This document shows positions 8,498 to 18,832 of a DNA stretch of 64,000 nucleotides, in pieces (positions within the stretch are counted from its first letter, which is position 1; every line of letters begins with the position of its first letter). Source of the DNA: Carpediemonas membranifera BICM (taxonomy: Eukaryota; Protista; Fornicata). The DNA lies in assembly GCA_019828565.1 (NCBI GenBank), contig JAHDYR010000024.1, positions 427,664 to 491,663 on the forward strand, in the 5' to 3' direction. A program made the translations under genes and the position numbers. The notes under the pieces were generated by a model, which saw only the letters and a program-made list of their open reading frames with translations, was not told where the DNA came from and made no database searches.

Positions 8498-11400
8498 TCA
8501 CCGGAGGAACTCGCTAAAGTCGATGCTGGGCAGCAGCTTCTGCAGCTCGGCGGGGGTCAAGCCCTCGTGCACCAACACAGGCGCCTCCACGGAGAGCGCA
8601 GTCCCGTCGCCGTCCCTGAACGGGTTGTGCGTAGCCCCAGTCGAGAAAAGGACCTCGATGCGGAACCTGCTGGCGGCCGACTCGTAAACCTTGAAGACGA
8701 CGTGGGTGAAGAAGTCGAGCTCGACGATATCCGACCTGTCCAGCAGCATGCCCTCGACGCCGCTCATGAGCAGCAGGTTAAGGATGCCGTGGAGGTGGGA
8801 CTCCGACGTGAAGTACAGCCGCAGCGAGGGCACCGCCTCGAACATCATGTTGTCCGCCGTCCTGGCGAGCTTGTACATCAGAGGGCCCGTCGAGTACGTC
8901 GCGATACGGAGCCGCTCGTCTGCGGTCATGCCGTACTCGTGGGGGATGACGATGTTGGCGAGGTCGACGACGGCCTCATACATCGACTTGAGAGTGTCGA
9001 CGATGGGCGAGCCCAGCAGGAAGTCCTCGCGGCAGGAGTGCAGGGCGTCGAACTTGATCCCGTCGAAGATGTCCGGGATCTTGCTGGTGTCCCACACGCC
9101 CGTCTTGGGGTGCTTGAAATCGTCCCGGGCCTTCTTCCACCGCGACATCATCAGGTCGAGCGTCTCGTGCGGCCCTAGATTCGTCTCGGGCGAGTACTTG
9201 TCCAGCAGCGGCTCCAGCTCCCGGATGAGGTGCTCGATCTGGCTGTAGACCTCGATCAGGGCGGCCTCCGGGTTCGGGTTCTCCGTGAGGTAGTCCAGCA
9301 GCTCTGGGCTGAGGCGGGTAGAGAGGTCGTCGAATGCAGAGGCCATGTTCCGGTAGCTGTAGAGGTCTGGGGGCGTGAGCAGCACGTTCCGCAGATCCTC
9401 CTTTGCCTTGTCGAGCAGACCGGACAGCTTCTTCGGCTGCTCGATGAGTAGGCTGTTCTCCTGCACGAGGTCTGCAGGAATGGGGTCCGGCGAGAACAGT
9501 GCCTGGGAGAATGTGATCGCCGACCGGTGCACCCGCCGCTCGTTGTTGGTGTAGACCTTGGCGTTGGCCAGGAACTGCCGCTTCTTCACGGGGTCTGACG
9601 GCAACACGCTCTCCCGGAACACAGCCCCGAGCTTCTTCGCCTGGTGTCGGCCGGCACGGGTCAGGCTGCCGCCCCACTTGCAGATGAGGAGGGCGCCGGG
9701 GACGCCGTTAGTGGTGCGATCCTTCGCCTGGATTTTGAGCCCGTCAAACGTCGACTTGCAGCAGGACAACACCTGCCTCAGCCCGGCCTGCTCAGAGGCC
9801 CAGTCGGCCACAAGCCCGGCGTCTCTCACCCTAGCGTCATACACGGCGTCCTCGAGGATCTGGACGAAGCGGCCCATCCAGTCCTGCTCGTACTCGGCCT
9901 TGATGACGAGGTCCTTGCGGAGATCCCCCAGATGGCCCAGCAGCGGCGAGTACTGCACCCGCACCTTGACCTTCTGCTTGGGGGTCCGGTCGCCGTGCCG
10001 GAACACAGCGAGGATGCCCTTGAGCGTCTCTTCAGACCGGCTCCGGGATGAGTGGGCGAGTCGGTTGAACAGGTTCCTCAGCACGGGCAACTTGATGCAG
10101 TCTATGAGGGGTAGGGCCGTGTCGATGGGGAGGGCGTGGTCCTGACCGAGGGCCTGGAAGGGGTTGTGGGACGCCCCCGTCGACAGCTCAACCCGGACGG
10201 AATATTTGCCGTCGACGGTGCGGTAGAGCTTGAAGACGAGGTGGGAGAGGTAGCTCATGTCGCTGACAGGCCGGTAATTCAAGCTCAGCCCAGGGACGTG
10301 GGTGTAGAGGAAGAGTCGCGTCAGAGCAGTGATGTGAGTGGTGTCGGCGAAGTACATCGTCAGCCGGCCAGACCGGGTGTCGCCAGGCCCCTGGCGCCGC
10401 ATCTGCCGCTCCCACTCTCTGTGGGTCAGGCCGACGGGCACGACGCTGCTGGTCTCGAAGTTCCTGGGGACTGACTGGGGCATCTCCGGCGACGACAGGT
10501 CAAACGTGGCAGGGTCAAAGGCCGTGTCGACAGTGACGCTGAACCCCCGCAGGTCAGACATCATACTCTGGGGATCGCCCAGTCCGCCTGGTGTGCTAAG
10601 GACGCTGAACTCAGAGAGCGCGTCGATGTCGGGCTCGTTCTCCACGGGGTCGTTCTCCCGAATGGATGCGAGGTCGGCGATGTTCAGATTGCTCCCCTTG
10701 TGGTTGAGGGGCAGGCCCACTGACCGCAGCACAGGAGTCTGCCATCGCGTGTTGGCGGCCGTGATGAAGGGCGTGCCATGCATTGCCAGCTCCAGGTCCG
10801 TGATGATGGCGTTGAGCAGGTTCGACGAGATTCGGTTGGCCAGACTGCGCTTATCCTGCGGGGTGATGCCGTACTCAGCCCCGATGACAAGCTCGGCCAG
10901 GCCGTGGACGACGGGGTAGACCATCGACACCCCGGACACCAGCTGGCGGTTGTGTATCGCGTCGTACTTGGCGGCGTCGTAGATGTCCTTGATGACGGCC
11001 GTGTGCATGCAGGTCTCGTCCCTCAGACGGGTCAGCAGATGTGTCCAGCGCCACAGCACCACGCGGTGTGGCTCCCCGCCGCATGCGACGCCCTCAGGGT
11101 CGATCGCCTCGCCCAGGTCCGCTACTAGTCGTTCCATGAGTCGGGTGAGCTCCTTGAGCGCTCTAGTGGGGTTTCCAAGGGCTTTAAGGCCGGTCGGGAG
11201 CAGAGATGCGATCTCCTCGTCGGTGTAGTCGCTTTGCTGGAACCCGAAGACGCGGTTAGCCAGGAGTATGGATACGAGCTTCTTATCGATCTTCCTGCGC
11301 CGTAGCCTGACCTTGCCCGCCTTCCACTGCAGCATGCGGTCCTCCGTGACCAGCGCCTGGGCAGCTGGGGCAACCGCATCAGGGTAGGCTGACGCCAGTG

Positions 11401-13052
11401 TCTCATAGAACACCTCCGCGGTCCGGGACGTCCTAGCCTCGCTGCTGTGGAAGATCCGCATCTCCTTGAGGAAGTCCTCGCGCCGGTCAGCGGGCAACAC
11501 ACCCTCCGCAAAGGCCAGCGCCGCTTCCCTAGTCTGGCTGACACCCGCGTGACTCAGCCGGCCGCCCCATTTCAGGACTACGACGGCCTCTGTGTTCTTC
11601 CCACTGGGGCACGTGGCCTGGCACTCCTTGCGGTGGAAGGTCAGGGTCGCGTTCGTCAGTCGCTCGTCGTCCAGCGCCCGCACCAGCTGCATCGCCGACT
11701 CCCGCAGTTCAGCAGGAGCGTCTGAGTCACGCAGTTTTAGGAGAGTCTCATGGAACTCGAGGACCTTCTGTGGGGTCCTATCCCTACTGATGGTGGTGTG
11801 GGCCTTGACCCGACCAAAGACGCTGTTGACGATGGAGATGGGGAGGACGACCTTGATCTTCCCCTTGGGCCTCCTGTCGGCGTACCGGGCGACGCAGACG
11901 ACGGCCTCGAGCTGGCCCAGGTCCGCCTCGGTGGTACCAGGGGGCATATCCTCGCTGGTCCTGTTCTCGTGACGTGCGACCAGCCTGCTCTTGGCCTGGA
12001 TGACGAGCTGCCTCAGTACTCGGGCGGTGTGGTCGTAGTAGTGGTGGTCGCCCTTGACAAACGACCAGCCGTTCACGTCACACACAATGAAGCTCTTGTC
12101 GGGCTTGCGGAGGATGTCGAAGCCGCAGACGCGCTGGCCAAACGCCTGCCCGATCATCTTGGCCGCCCTCCGCTCCTCATGGGAGAGCACGCACACCTCG
12201 CGGACCTCCTTGCCGCGGTCATCCCGCTCCACGATCCCGTCGAGGGCCGGCGTTTTCCTCAGCTCGCCGTGCACGTAGTCGGGCAGCACGGTGTACGCCT
12301 TGAGGTCCTTGGCGTCCTTGACCTCGAGGAACTCCTCGTACAGATATGCCCCGTCCCTGCGGACGTCACACGGGCCCGGGAAGAACTCGGAGGACTTGCA
12401 GTCGACCTTGCGGAAGAGCCGGCGGACACCCGGGCCGCACGGCGACTCGGGGCCGAAGTAGATCCAAACGTTGTGGTCCTCGCCGTCGACTGGCTTCTCC
12501 ACGAACGGGGTCTGCAATGTCTGGAATCCCCTGAAGGAAAGTGTGCTCCCGTCAAAGACGACGTCCGCCTCGTCGATATCCATCCTGTCCCGGGACACCG
12601 CGAAGTGCCTGGCTACGGGGATCTTGGCGCCCTTTAGCCTGGAGTACACCTCCCTTCGATCCTGCAGTGCCTGCTGCAGGCGGAGGTCGTTGATGCAAAA
12701 GGGGTGAACGGTGTCCACGTAGCTGATGGCCTTCTTCAGGGGAAAGCCATCTGAGTAGAAGCTGATGAGGACGTCGACGACGGGCCAGTTCTCGATGGCT
12801 GTGTGAGTACGGGGGGGGGGACGAACGTTGGTGGAGGATGAGATCGTTAGGGAAGTAGACAACCTTGATGTCGCCATGGGAGGTGATACGCTTCACAATT
12901 TCCCGCATTGGTTTGCTCCTCGCCTTCTTCTCGAGCACGCAGATGCCTAAGAGCACCTGAGAGCTTGAGTCCCTGTGCGCCGAGAGTCCTTTGGAAAGCA
13001 GGTTGAAGTCCGGGAGCTGCTCAAGCGTCGTCGGTCGTAGATTCAGTGGCAT
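8498..13052 (-). CDS. PPIP5K: Inositol hexakisphosphate/diphosphoinositol-pentakisphosphate kinase (VIP1/PPIP5K); 2 exons (13052-12827, 12798-8498); ATP-grasp kinase plus two His-phosphatase-like domains
   Basis: GICVLEKKARSKPM, spliced junction ILHQPIENWP, PFVEKPVDGEDHN, CDVNGWSFVK, RHGDRTPKQKVK, LYFTSESH. Confidence 0.95.
12799..12826 (-). other. Spliceosomal intron, 28 nt (PPIP5K)
   Basis: GTTCGT...ACTCACACAG; removal joins two frames into the conserved QPIENWP. Confidence 0.9.
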
Positions 13053-13153
13053 GCTTTCTGTTGCCTTCTGGGCTTGAGAAGTGCCTGGAGAAGTCGCAAA
13101 TGAATGAATCAAACTTTACAACAATATATGGGGCATCATCCTCCACCAGCCGC

Positions 13154-14545
13154 TCACTCGCACCACCAGTGCTTGAACCCCGGCAGCAGTGAGGCGATGG
13201 CCGGTGCCAGGCTCCACACGGCGTACGCCGCCTCGCTCTGGTCCCCGGCAACCCGCCCGAAGCACTCCATGGGCCGCTCATCACGGAAGAAGGCCCGCAT
13301 CTCGCTGTCGAAGAAGGGGTTGGCCTTGCAGTGCTGTCCAACGGTCCGCTTTGCTTCGTCAAGCTTGCCCTTGACGTACTGCGTAAGAATAATGGGCAAC
13401 CCCATCTGAAGATCAGGCTCCCCCGGCCGCTTAGTGAACTCCTCGTCGCTGATGTTGGCGAGCCTATTAGTGAGCACCTCCACCGCCAGCTGCCCCATGC
13501 CAACGTTCATGTGATCCAGAATATCGAGGGCGTTCACCTCCTGGAACAGCTCGCTGGCCTGCTGGGCACTGCCGTCAGGCTCCATGAGCGCCGTGTTCCC
13601 CAAGAACGACATCGCCCTCACCAGCGGCCGGGCGAAGGCATCGTCGTGTGTCCACATCAACCCCTTCCCCAGCCGCAGGGCCCTGTCGTAGCTGGGGCGG
13701 GCCCGAGCTAGGGCTCTCGAGAGATGGGCGATGCGGCGGCCGGTGGGGCACACCGCTTCTGCCATGTACATGTGGGCCTCGAGGCAGTCTGTGTCATGGG
13801 TGAACGCTGAGACCAGCCTGCCCCGGCACTTGTCGGGATCCGTCTTCGAGCACTGGAAGGCCTCGAGCACGAGCAGCTGGGCCTCGAGCATGCCGCGGCG
13901 GGCCTCCCTGCAGACCTTCAGCTCGTTGAGGACGAGGTTTTTCTCCTTATCGAGCAGCCTTAGGGCCACCGTGTCGAGCATGGGGATGGTGTAGGGCGGA
14001 GGAGGCAGGTCCTTCTTCTTGAACGGGTGGTTCCCAAGATAACGCACTGTCACAGGGCCCAGCTTGCGGGCGGACTCTATGCGTTGTATGACGTCTGGGT
14101 CTGCTTTGTACAGCCTCGCCTTGGTCGGGCCGTCCAGGTGGGGCAGAACGTCGCTGAAGATGCGGTCGACGAGGCTCTGGCAGTAGTCCCCGATGGAGAA
14201 GCTCACGTCCATGCTGTACAGCATGTGGAAGTCCTTCAGCGCCTGGTCGTGGCAGCCAGGAAGCATGGAGGCCGCCACCGCCCGACGAAAGCGGGTTTTC
14301 GAGTGCTGGCCGTCGATCGAAAGGGCCTTGTCCGCATGGAATATGCTGTCCTTGTATCTCTTGAGCTTTGTGTAGCACTGTGCGGTGTTGCTGTGGAGCA
14401 CCACGCGCAGCTCGGCGTCCTTCGTCTCCTTGGTCTCGTCGAGGGCCGCGAGGTACAGATCAACGGCATCGAGGAACTCTCCCTTGCGATAGTGCTCGTT
14501 GGCCTTTTCTTTCAACGTCTCCGCCGTACGGGGCTCGTTGCTCAT
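13154..14545 (-). CDS. TPR-repeat protein (N-terminal chaperone-binding-type TPR triplet plus helical C-terminal domain)
   Basis: AETLKEKANEHYRKGEFLDAVDLY, LHSNTAQCYTKL, KALSIDGQHSKTRFRRA. Confidence 0.8.
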   Translation of the reverse strand: MSNEPRTAETLKEKANEHYRKGEFLDAVDLYLAALDETKETKDAELRVVLHSNTAQCYTKLKRYKDSIFHADKALSIDGQHSKTRFRRAVAASMLPGCHDQALKDFHMLYSMDVSFSIGDYCQSLVDRIFSDVLPHLDGPTKARLYKADPDVIQRIESARKLGPVTVRYLGNHPFKKKDLPPPPYTIPMLDTVALRLLDKEKNLVLNELKVCREARRGMLEAQLLVLEAFQCSKTDPDKCRGRLVSAFTHDTDCLEAHMYMAEAVCPTGRRIAHLSRALARARPSYDRALRLGKGLMWTHDDAFARPLVRAMSFLGNTALMEPDGSAQQASELFQEVNALDILDHMNVGMGQLAVEVLTNRLANISDEEFTKRPGEPDLQMGLPIILTQYVKGKLDEAKRTVGQHCKANPFFDSEMRAFFRDERPMECFGRVAGDQSEAAYAVWSLAPAIASLLPGFKHWWCE

Positions 14546-14771
14546 GTCGAAAGGCTGGACTATCCGAATTACGTATACATAACAGGCCATATACCGATCC
14601 AGGCCAGGGCGAGTGCCACCCCAATCTCAAGGCTGGGTGCAGGCTCAGGCTTTCCTGGCAAACTGGAAGGAATCATGGGTCAGCCCAATGAGCCTGCCAA
14701 TTCTGTCCAGATATTGCTGTCGTAACATGATAAATGGATTAAACTTCATGATAAAATCTGCGATTTATGCC

Positions 14772-15437
14772 TTAAGCCTCAGCAGAGGGCGAGTAGACGT
14801 GCTGCCAGAGGAGGCCGCCAATCTCCCGGCTGGTGAGCTCCACCTCGGTGGCGGGGCGCATCTTGGTAGTGTCGGTGATGGGCGTCGGCTTGATGTCGAA
14901 CATGGTGCCGAAGATGTTCTCGTCGAGGAAGTCGTACCAGGGGCAGGAGACGTCCGTGCTGGGCGGGTAGGGCAGACGGCCCTTGCGGGGCAGCGCGTTG
15001 AGCTTGGTGCAGTGGATTGAACCGAGCTTGCGGAGCTTGCCGTTGGCGTCGCGGGGGCGAGGGAGCTCGTAGTCGAGGTTGAGAGTGCGGAGGGCGTTGC
15101 CATGCTCGAAGTCGATCCAGGTGGGGCGGTGGCGCATCAGGTACCAGGAAACCGGCAGGATACGGCCCTTGCGCACAGGGTTGAGCAGGATCGGGGAGCA
15201 AATGACGCGGCCAGTCTCGGGGGTGTCGAACAGGTTCCCGAAGACGCACTCGTCAATCGTGTCGAGCCAGTCGCGCTCGATCGTGGCGTTGGGGTTGATC
15301 GGGGTCTTGCGGCCGCGGCGTGGCTCGCAGGTGAAGCACTCGGCGTTGTTGAGCTGGAAGTGAGCGTTCTCGTAGCAACGAGGGCACTGGAAGAAGTCTG
15401 GCGCGAAGCGCGTTGTGAGATCGGATTGATTCATCAT
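14772..15437 (-). CDS. Hypothetical protein with two CxxC motifs and an internal repeat
   Basis: 221-aa ORF, strongly C-ending codons, CPRC and CFTC, repeated WxDxxDExxFGxxFD. Confidence 0.75.
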   Translation of the reverse strand: MMNQSDLTTRFAPDFFQCPRCYENAHFQLNNAECFTCEPRRGRKTPINPNATIERDWLDTIDECVFGNLFDTPETGRVICSPILLNPVRKGRILPVSWYLMRHRPTWIDFEHGNALRTLNLDYELPRPRDANGKLRKLGSIHCTKLNALPRKGRLPYPPSTDVSCPWYDFLDENIFGTMFDIKPTPITDTTKMRPATEVELTSREIGGLLWQHVYSPSAEA

Positions 15438-15736
15438 AGTGTAACGTTCTGTGAACAGCTTCGCAGAAAAGGTTCGCAGGAGAGGTTCGCAAGCCGAACA
15501 TTGCTGGAAAACTCAAACTTCAGAGAATGCTGGTGCAAAACAACGAAAATTCAATGGTGTACGCGCTAATCACGAGGGAATACAAGTCGCTGATTAGACG
15601 ATTGTTGTTCTAAACAGAGATCCCGCCATGTCGTGTTTAATTGTCAGATTAGACCACCATGATGGTCCAGGTCATGATAACGAGCACATATGCCACATAT
15701 GGGCCTCACATCACATGAATACAGTGTATACCGACT

Positions 15737-17461
15737 TTAATACGCGGAGCTACGGTGCTTGGGCTCGAACGTGTAACCCTCCGGCACCTTCCCCAGCACC
15801 ATCTCCGAAATCTTGACCCAGTCTGACGCCCTGTGGCTGCCCATGAGTGTCTCCAGGTCGTCCCGACCAATGTACTCCGGAGCCCTGAGGTTCATGGCCT
15901 GGGGTTGTGTCAGGATGCCGAGGGGGACGTAGCGGCAGGCAAAGGACAGCCACTCAAGGAGGTAGTGGCGCGTCTTCTCCACCCCAACGGAGTCCGAGCC
16001 CCAGTGGGCCAGACCGTGACTCACGAACTGCCGGATGAGGTCGAGTCTCTCACCTGAGCTGATGTCGATGGGGTGGTGCTCCTTGATCTCCCGGAACAGC
16101 CACGGCTTGTACAAGGCGCCCCTACCGAGCATGGTTCCGGTCACCTCGGGGTACGTCTCCCGGACATGGCAGTAGTCGGCGTAGGTCAGGATGTCGCCGC
16201 ACCCCCCAACGTCGATGCCCATAGGTGAACCTGCCTTGGCCGTATCCTGCACGAGGGTCCAGTCCGCAGCCTTGGTGTACCTCTGGAGGGCAGACCGGCC
16301 GTGCATCCAGACAGTGCGGACCCCGGTGGCGTCGAACAGGGGCAGGAGACCCAGGGCAGTGGCCTTGGGCTTGCGGGGGCCGTGGACGCGGACCTTGACT
16401 GAGACGGGGACGTCCACGGTGGCCGTGAGTGAGCATAGGGTGCGGGATATGTCGTACGTCGAGCCCATCAGGGCGGCACACATCCCCTTCTTCGTCCAAA
16501 GATCCAGCGGGCACGCCGCGTTCAGGTCAACGAACTTGGCGTCAGTGTGGGCCATGAGGACCTCTGCTGTGTGGGCGATCTCGTCAGGCCACCGTCCGGC
16601 GATCTGGAGTCCGAAGAAATTCTCGGTCGGGTGCTTCTGTGCGAATGACACGTCCTGCTTCTGACCGCTCATGACGGACTCCGCCAGTATCATCTCGCTG
16701 AACGTGATGTCCGCCCCCTGACCGACGCACACCGCCCGGAACGGCAAGTTGCCCACAGTGCACATGGGGGCAAGGGCAAGCTTGTCACTGATGTCCATGC
16801 GGGGTGTGTCGCGGCGGTTCTTGAAGGCCACGTGGGTCAGCTCGTGTGTGCTGCCGGGCAGGATGAGCTTCTCTGAGACAAAGTGCTCCGTGTCGAAGTC
16901 TACCATGTCCTTCTTGATCGATGCGAGCTCCTTCACGACGGGCTCGCACTTGTAGGGATAGCGCTTCTTGCGGACCTGGAATATAGTGTCAGAAGGCACG
17001 AATACAGGCCTGTTATCCGGGTCATATGGTCCAGCAAAGGGGTTCCCCTCGACCTTGAAGTGGGTGGACGAGAAGCGGCAGTTGACGCCGTACTCGCAGA
17101 AACCGTGGTCCTGGATGTTGGGGCACTCGATGCCGAGGTGTGCGAGGTCCTCTGGGGCGTTGGCCAGGTATCCCTCAGGGCCTTCGAGCTCGTGGATGGA
17201 GCGGCACTTGGGGTTGGTGCACTCACCGCGGTCCTGCTTGAACTTGCAGTACTGTGGCGGAGGCATGTAGCGCTTCCTGCCACGAGTAACGCCAGACTTC
17301 TTCCTCTTTCCCTTCCCATCGACGGGAACAGCAACGACCTGCTCCTCCGTGTCCCTTTTCTCCCCTGCAGGCTCATCCGCCTTCCGCTTGGTAGGTGCAA
17401 GGTATTCAGGCTTGATTGCAAGCTCGCCGGCCCGCGTGTCGTTCTCGTGCTCTTCCGCCAT
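15737..17461 (-). CDS. DUS3: tRNA-dihydrouridine(47) synthase with CCCH zinc fingers
   Basis: LAPMCTVGNLPFR, VDLNAACP, HGRSALQRYTKAADW, GRGALYKPWLFREI, HWGSD, FEPKHRSSAY. Confidence 0.95.
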   Translation of the reverse strand: MAEEHENDTRAGELAIKPEYLAPTKRKADEPAGEKRDTEEQVVAVPVDGKGKRKKSGVTRGRKRYMPPPQYCKFKQDRGECTNPKCRSIHELEGPEGYLANAPEDLAHLGIECPNIQDHGFCEYGVNCRFSSTHFKVEGNPFAGPYDPDNRPVFVPSDTIFQVRKKRYPYKCEPVVKELASIKKDMVDFDTEHFVSEKLILPGSTHELTHVAFKNRRDTPRMDISDKLALAPMCTVGNLPFRAVCVGQGADITFSEMILAESVMSGQKQDVSFAQKHPTENFFGLQIAGRWPDEIAHTAEVLMAHTDAKFVDLNAACPLDLWTKKGMCAALMGSTYDISRTLCSLTATVDVPVSVKVRVHGPRKPKATALGLLPLFDATGVRTVWMHGRSALQRYTKAADWTLVQDTAKAGSPMGIDVGGCGDILTYADYCHVRETYPEVTGTMLGRGALYKPWLFREIKEHHPIDISSGERLDLIRQFVSHGLAHWGSDSVGVEKTRHYLLEWLSFACRYVPLGILTQPQAMNLRAPEYIGRDDLETLMGSHRASDWVKISEMVLGKVPEGYTFEPKHRSSAY

Positions 17462-17586
17462 TGCCTGCTCCGACTCGACAGACTTTGAATCATGGAACCC
17501 AGCCTGTATGTGTGTGTTCTGTATGCCTTGGATACATGGCCCAGCACTGTGGCGCTGCTCTATTTACACTATGCCCGGGCCCCGAC

Positions 17587-18523
17587 TCAGTCGCTATCTG
17601 ACCCCCCCTCGGACGGGTCCTGCCCGTCGCTAAACTGTTCAAGGTACTTCAGAAGCTTGGTCGCCCCGCCCTTGAGTGTAGACATCCAGCTCCTGAAGGC
17701 CGCGGCGACAACGAGGAGTGCGAGGGCCAGTGCGGCTAGTACCATGGGGAGTACGGTGCTCTCGACCTCAACCCCGCCCTGCAGGTACGCCCCGACACAC
17801 GTCATGGAGGCTACCACGACCACGCCCGATAAATGGGTGCTGAACGGCCTGTGAGTGGCGAGCATGGGAACTACGAGTCCCATAAAGGAAGCGATGAGAC
17901 ATAGACTGAAGAGGAAGCCGAAGACCATCTGTCTGGGCGTGTGGTACCCCCCCAGGTACGTCTCGGCGAGGACAAGCAGGGCCAGGCCGACTAGGGGGAG
18001 CATGAACACGGCGACCCAGGCGGCATGGAACAGCACACGGCGGGTGGTCTGCCATTTGTACGGCAGGTTGGCTGACCCTGGCACTGCCATGACGGCGAAC
18101 AGGGCGATCACGGTGGAGTAGAAGGCGACGTGGCCGGAGATGCTGTTGGGGTGGCTGGAACAGGCGTAGTCGCCGATGGCCTCCTTGCCAAATGTGACGA
18201 ACTGGTTGGTAAGGAGGGAGTATGCGTATACAAGGATGAACTGGGCATGGTATATGGGCAGGTGCTGCGTGAGGAAGAGGACAGGTACAAACAGAGAGAC
18301 GCCTCACGTAGACGGCGTTGCAGACGGGAATGCAGAAGCCCGTACAGATAATAACTACGATGCTGGCATAGTACAGAATGGGATTCATTGTCGATACGAT
18401 CCCAGGAAGTCCGTCCCGGCTGTGGCACTCTGTGAACCAGTCCCAGACGGTGTTGAACGCTGATGGAAGTTCCACAGATGCCCCTACGGCGCTTTCGTTG
18501 ACTATATCGTCAAATGCGTCCAT
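17587..18523 (-). CDS. PAP2-superfamily multi-pass membrane protein; 2 exons (18523-18293, 18264-17587); start uncertain
   Basis: After splicing: PNSISGH (C2-like) and YLGGYHTPRQ (C3-like) motifs, several TM helices. Confidence 0.7.
18265..18292 (-). other. Spliceosomal intron, 28 nt
   Basis: GTTTGT...CCTCACGCAG; removal fuses two ORFs in frame. Confidence 0.85.
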
Positions 18524-18832
18524 GTTGCGCGGAGTGACGCTTGGCTCGGGTCGATCGGGCAAACCTGCTCGGGTGTCAGCCCCACCGGGGGTAAACGGGG
18601 CCGTGTAGTACAGGGTCTAGGGGCGGGCTGGCCCTGGGGCATGGTTCGCATGGTCATTCTACAGTGGGGCTCAGTCCCTGACAGGAGAATGGACGATGGC
18701 CCACCCCTGAGGATGTAAACACTGAATAAACACTGCCTGCTGCCTGTTGGGGTCTCTCTGGGCAGTATTGCTGCTGCGGCTAACCTGCTCTCCAACAGCT
18801 CGAGGAGGAGAGAACTAGTCTAATACTCGTCG

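Noticed and set aside
12811-12820. G10/C10 run at the PPIP5K frame change as a programmed frameshift or sequencing error
   Set aside because: The run lies inside a GT-AG intron whose removal gives the conserved QPIENWP.
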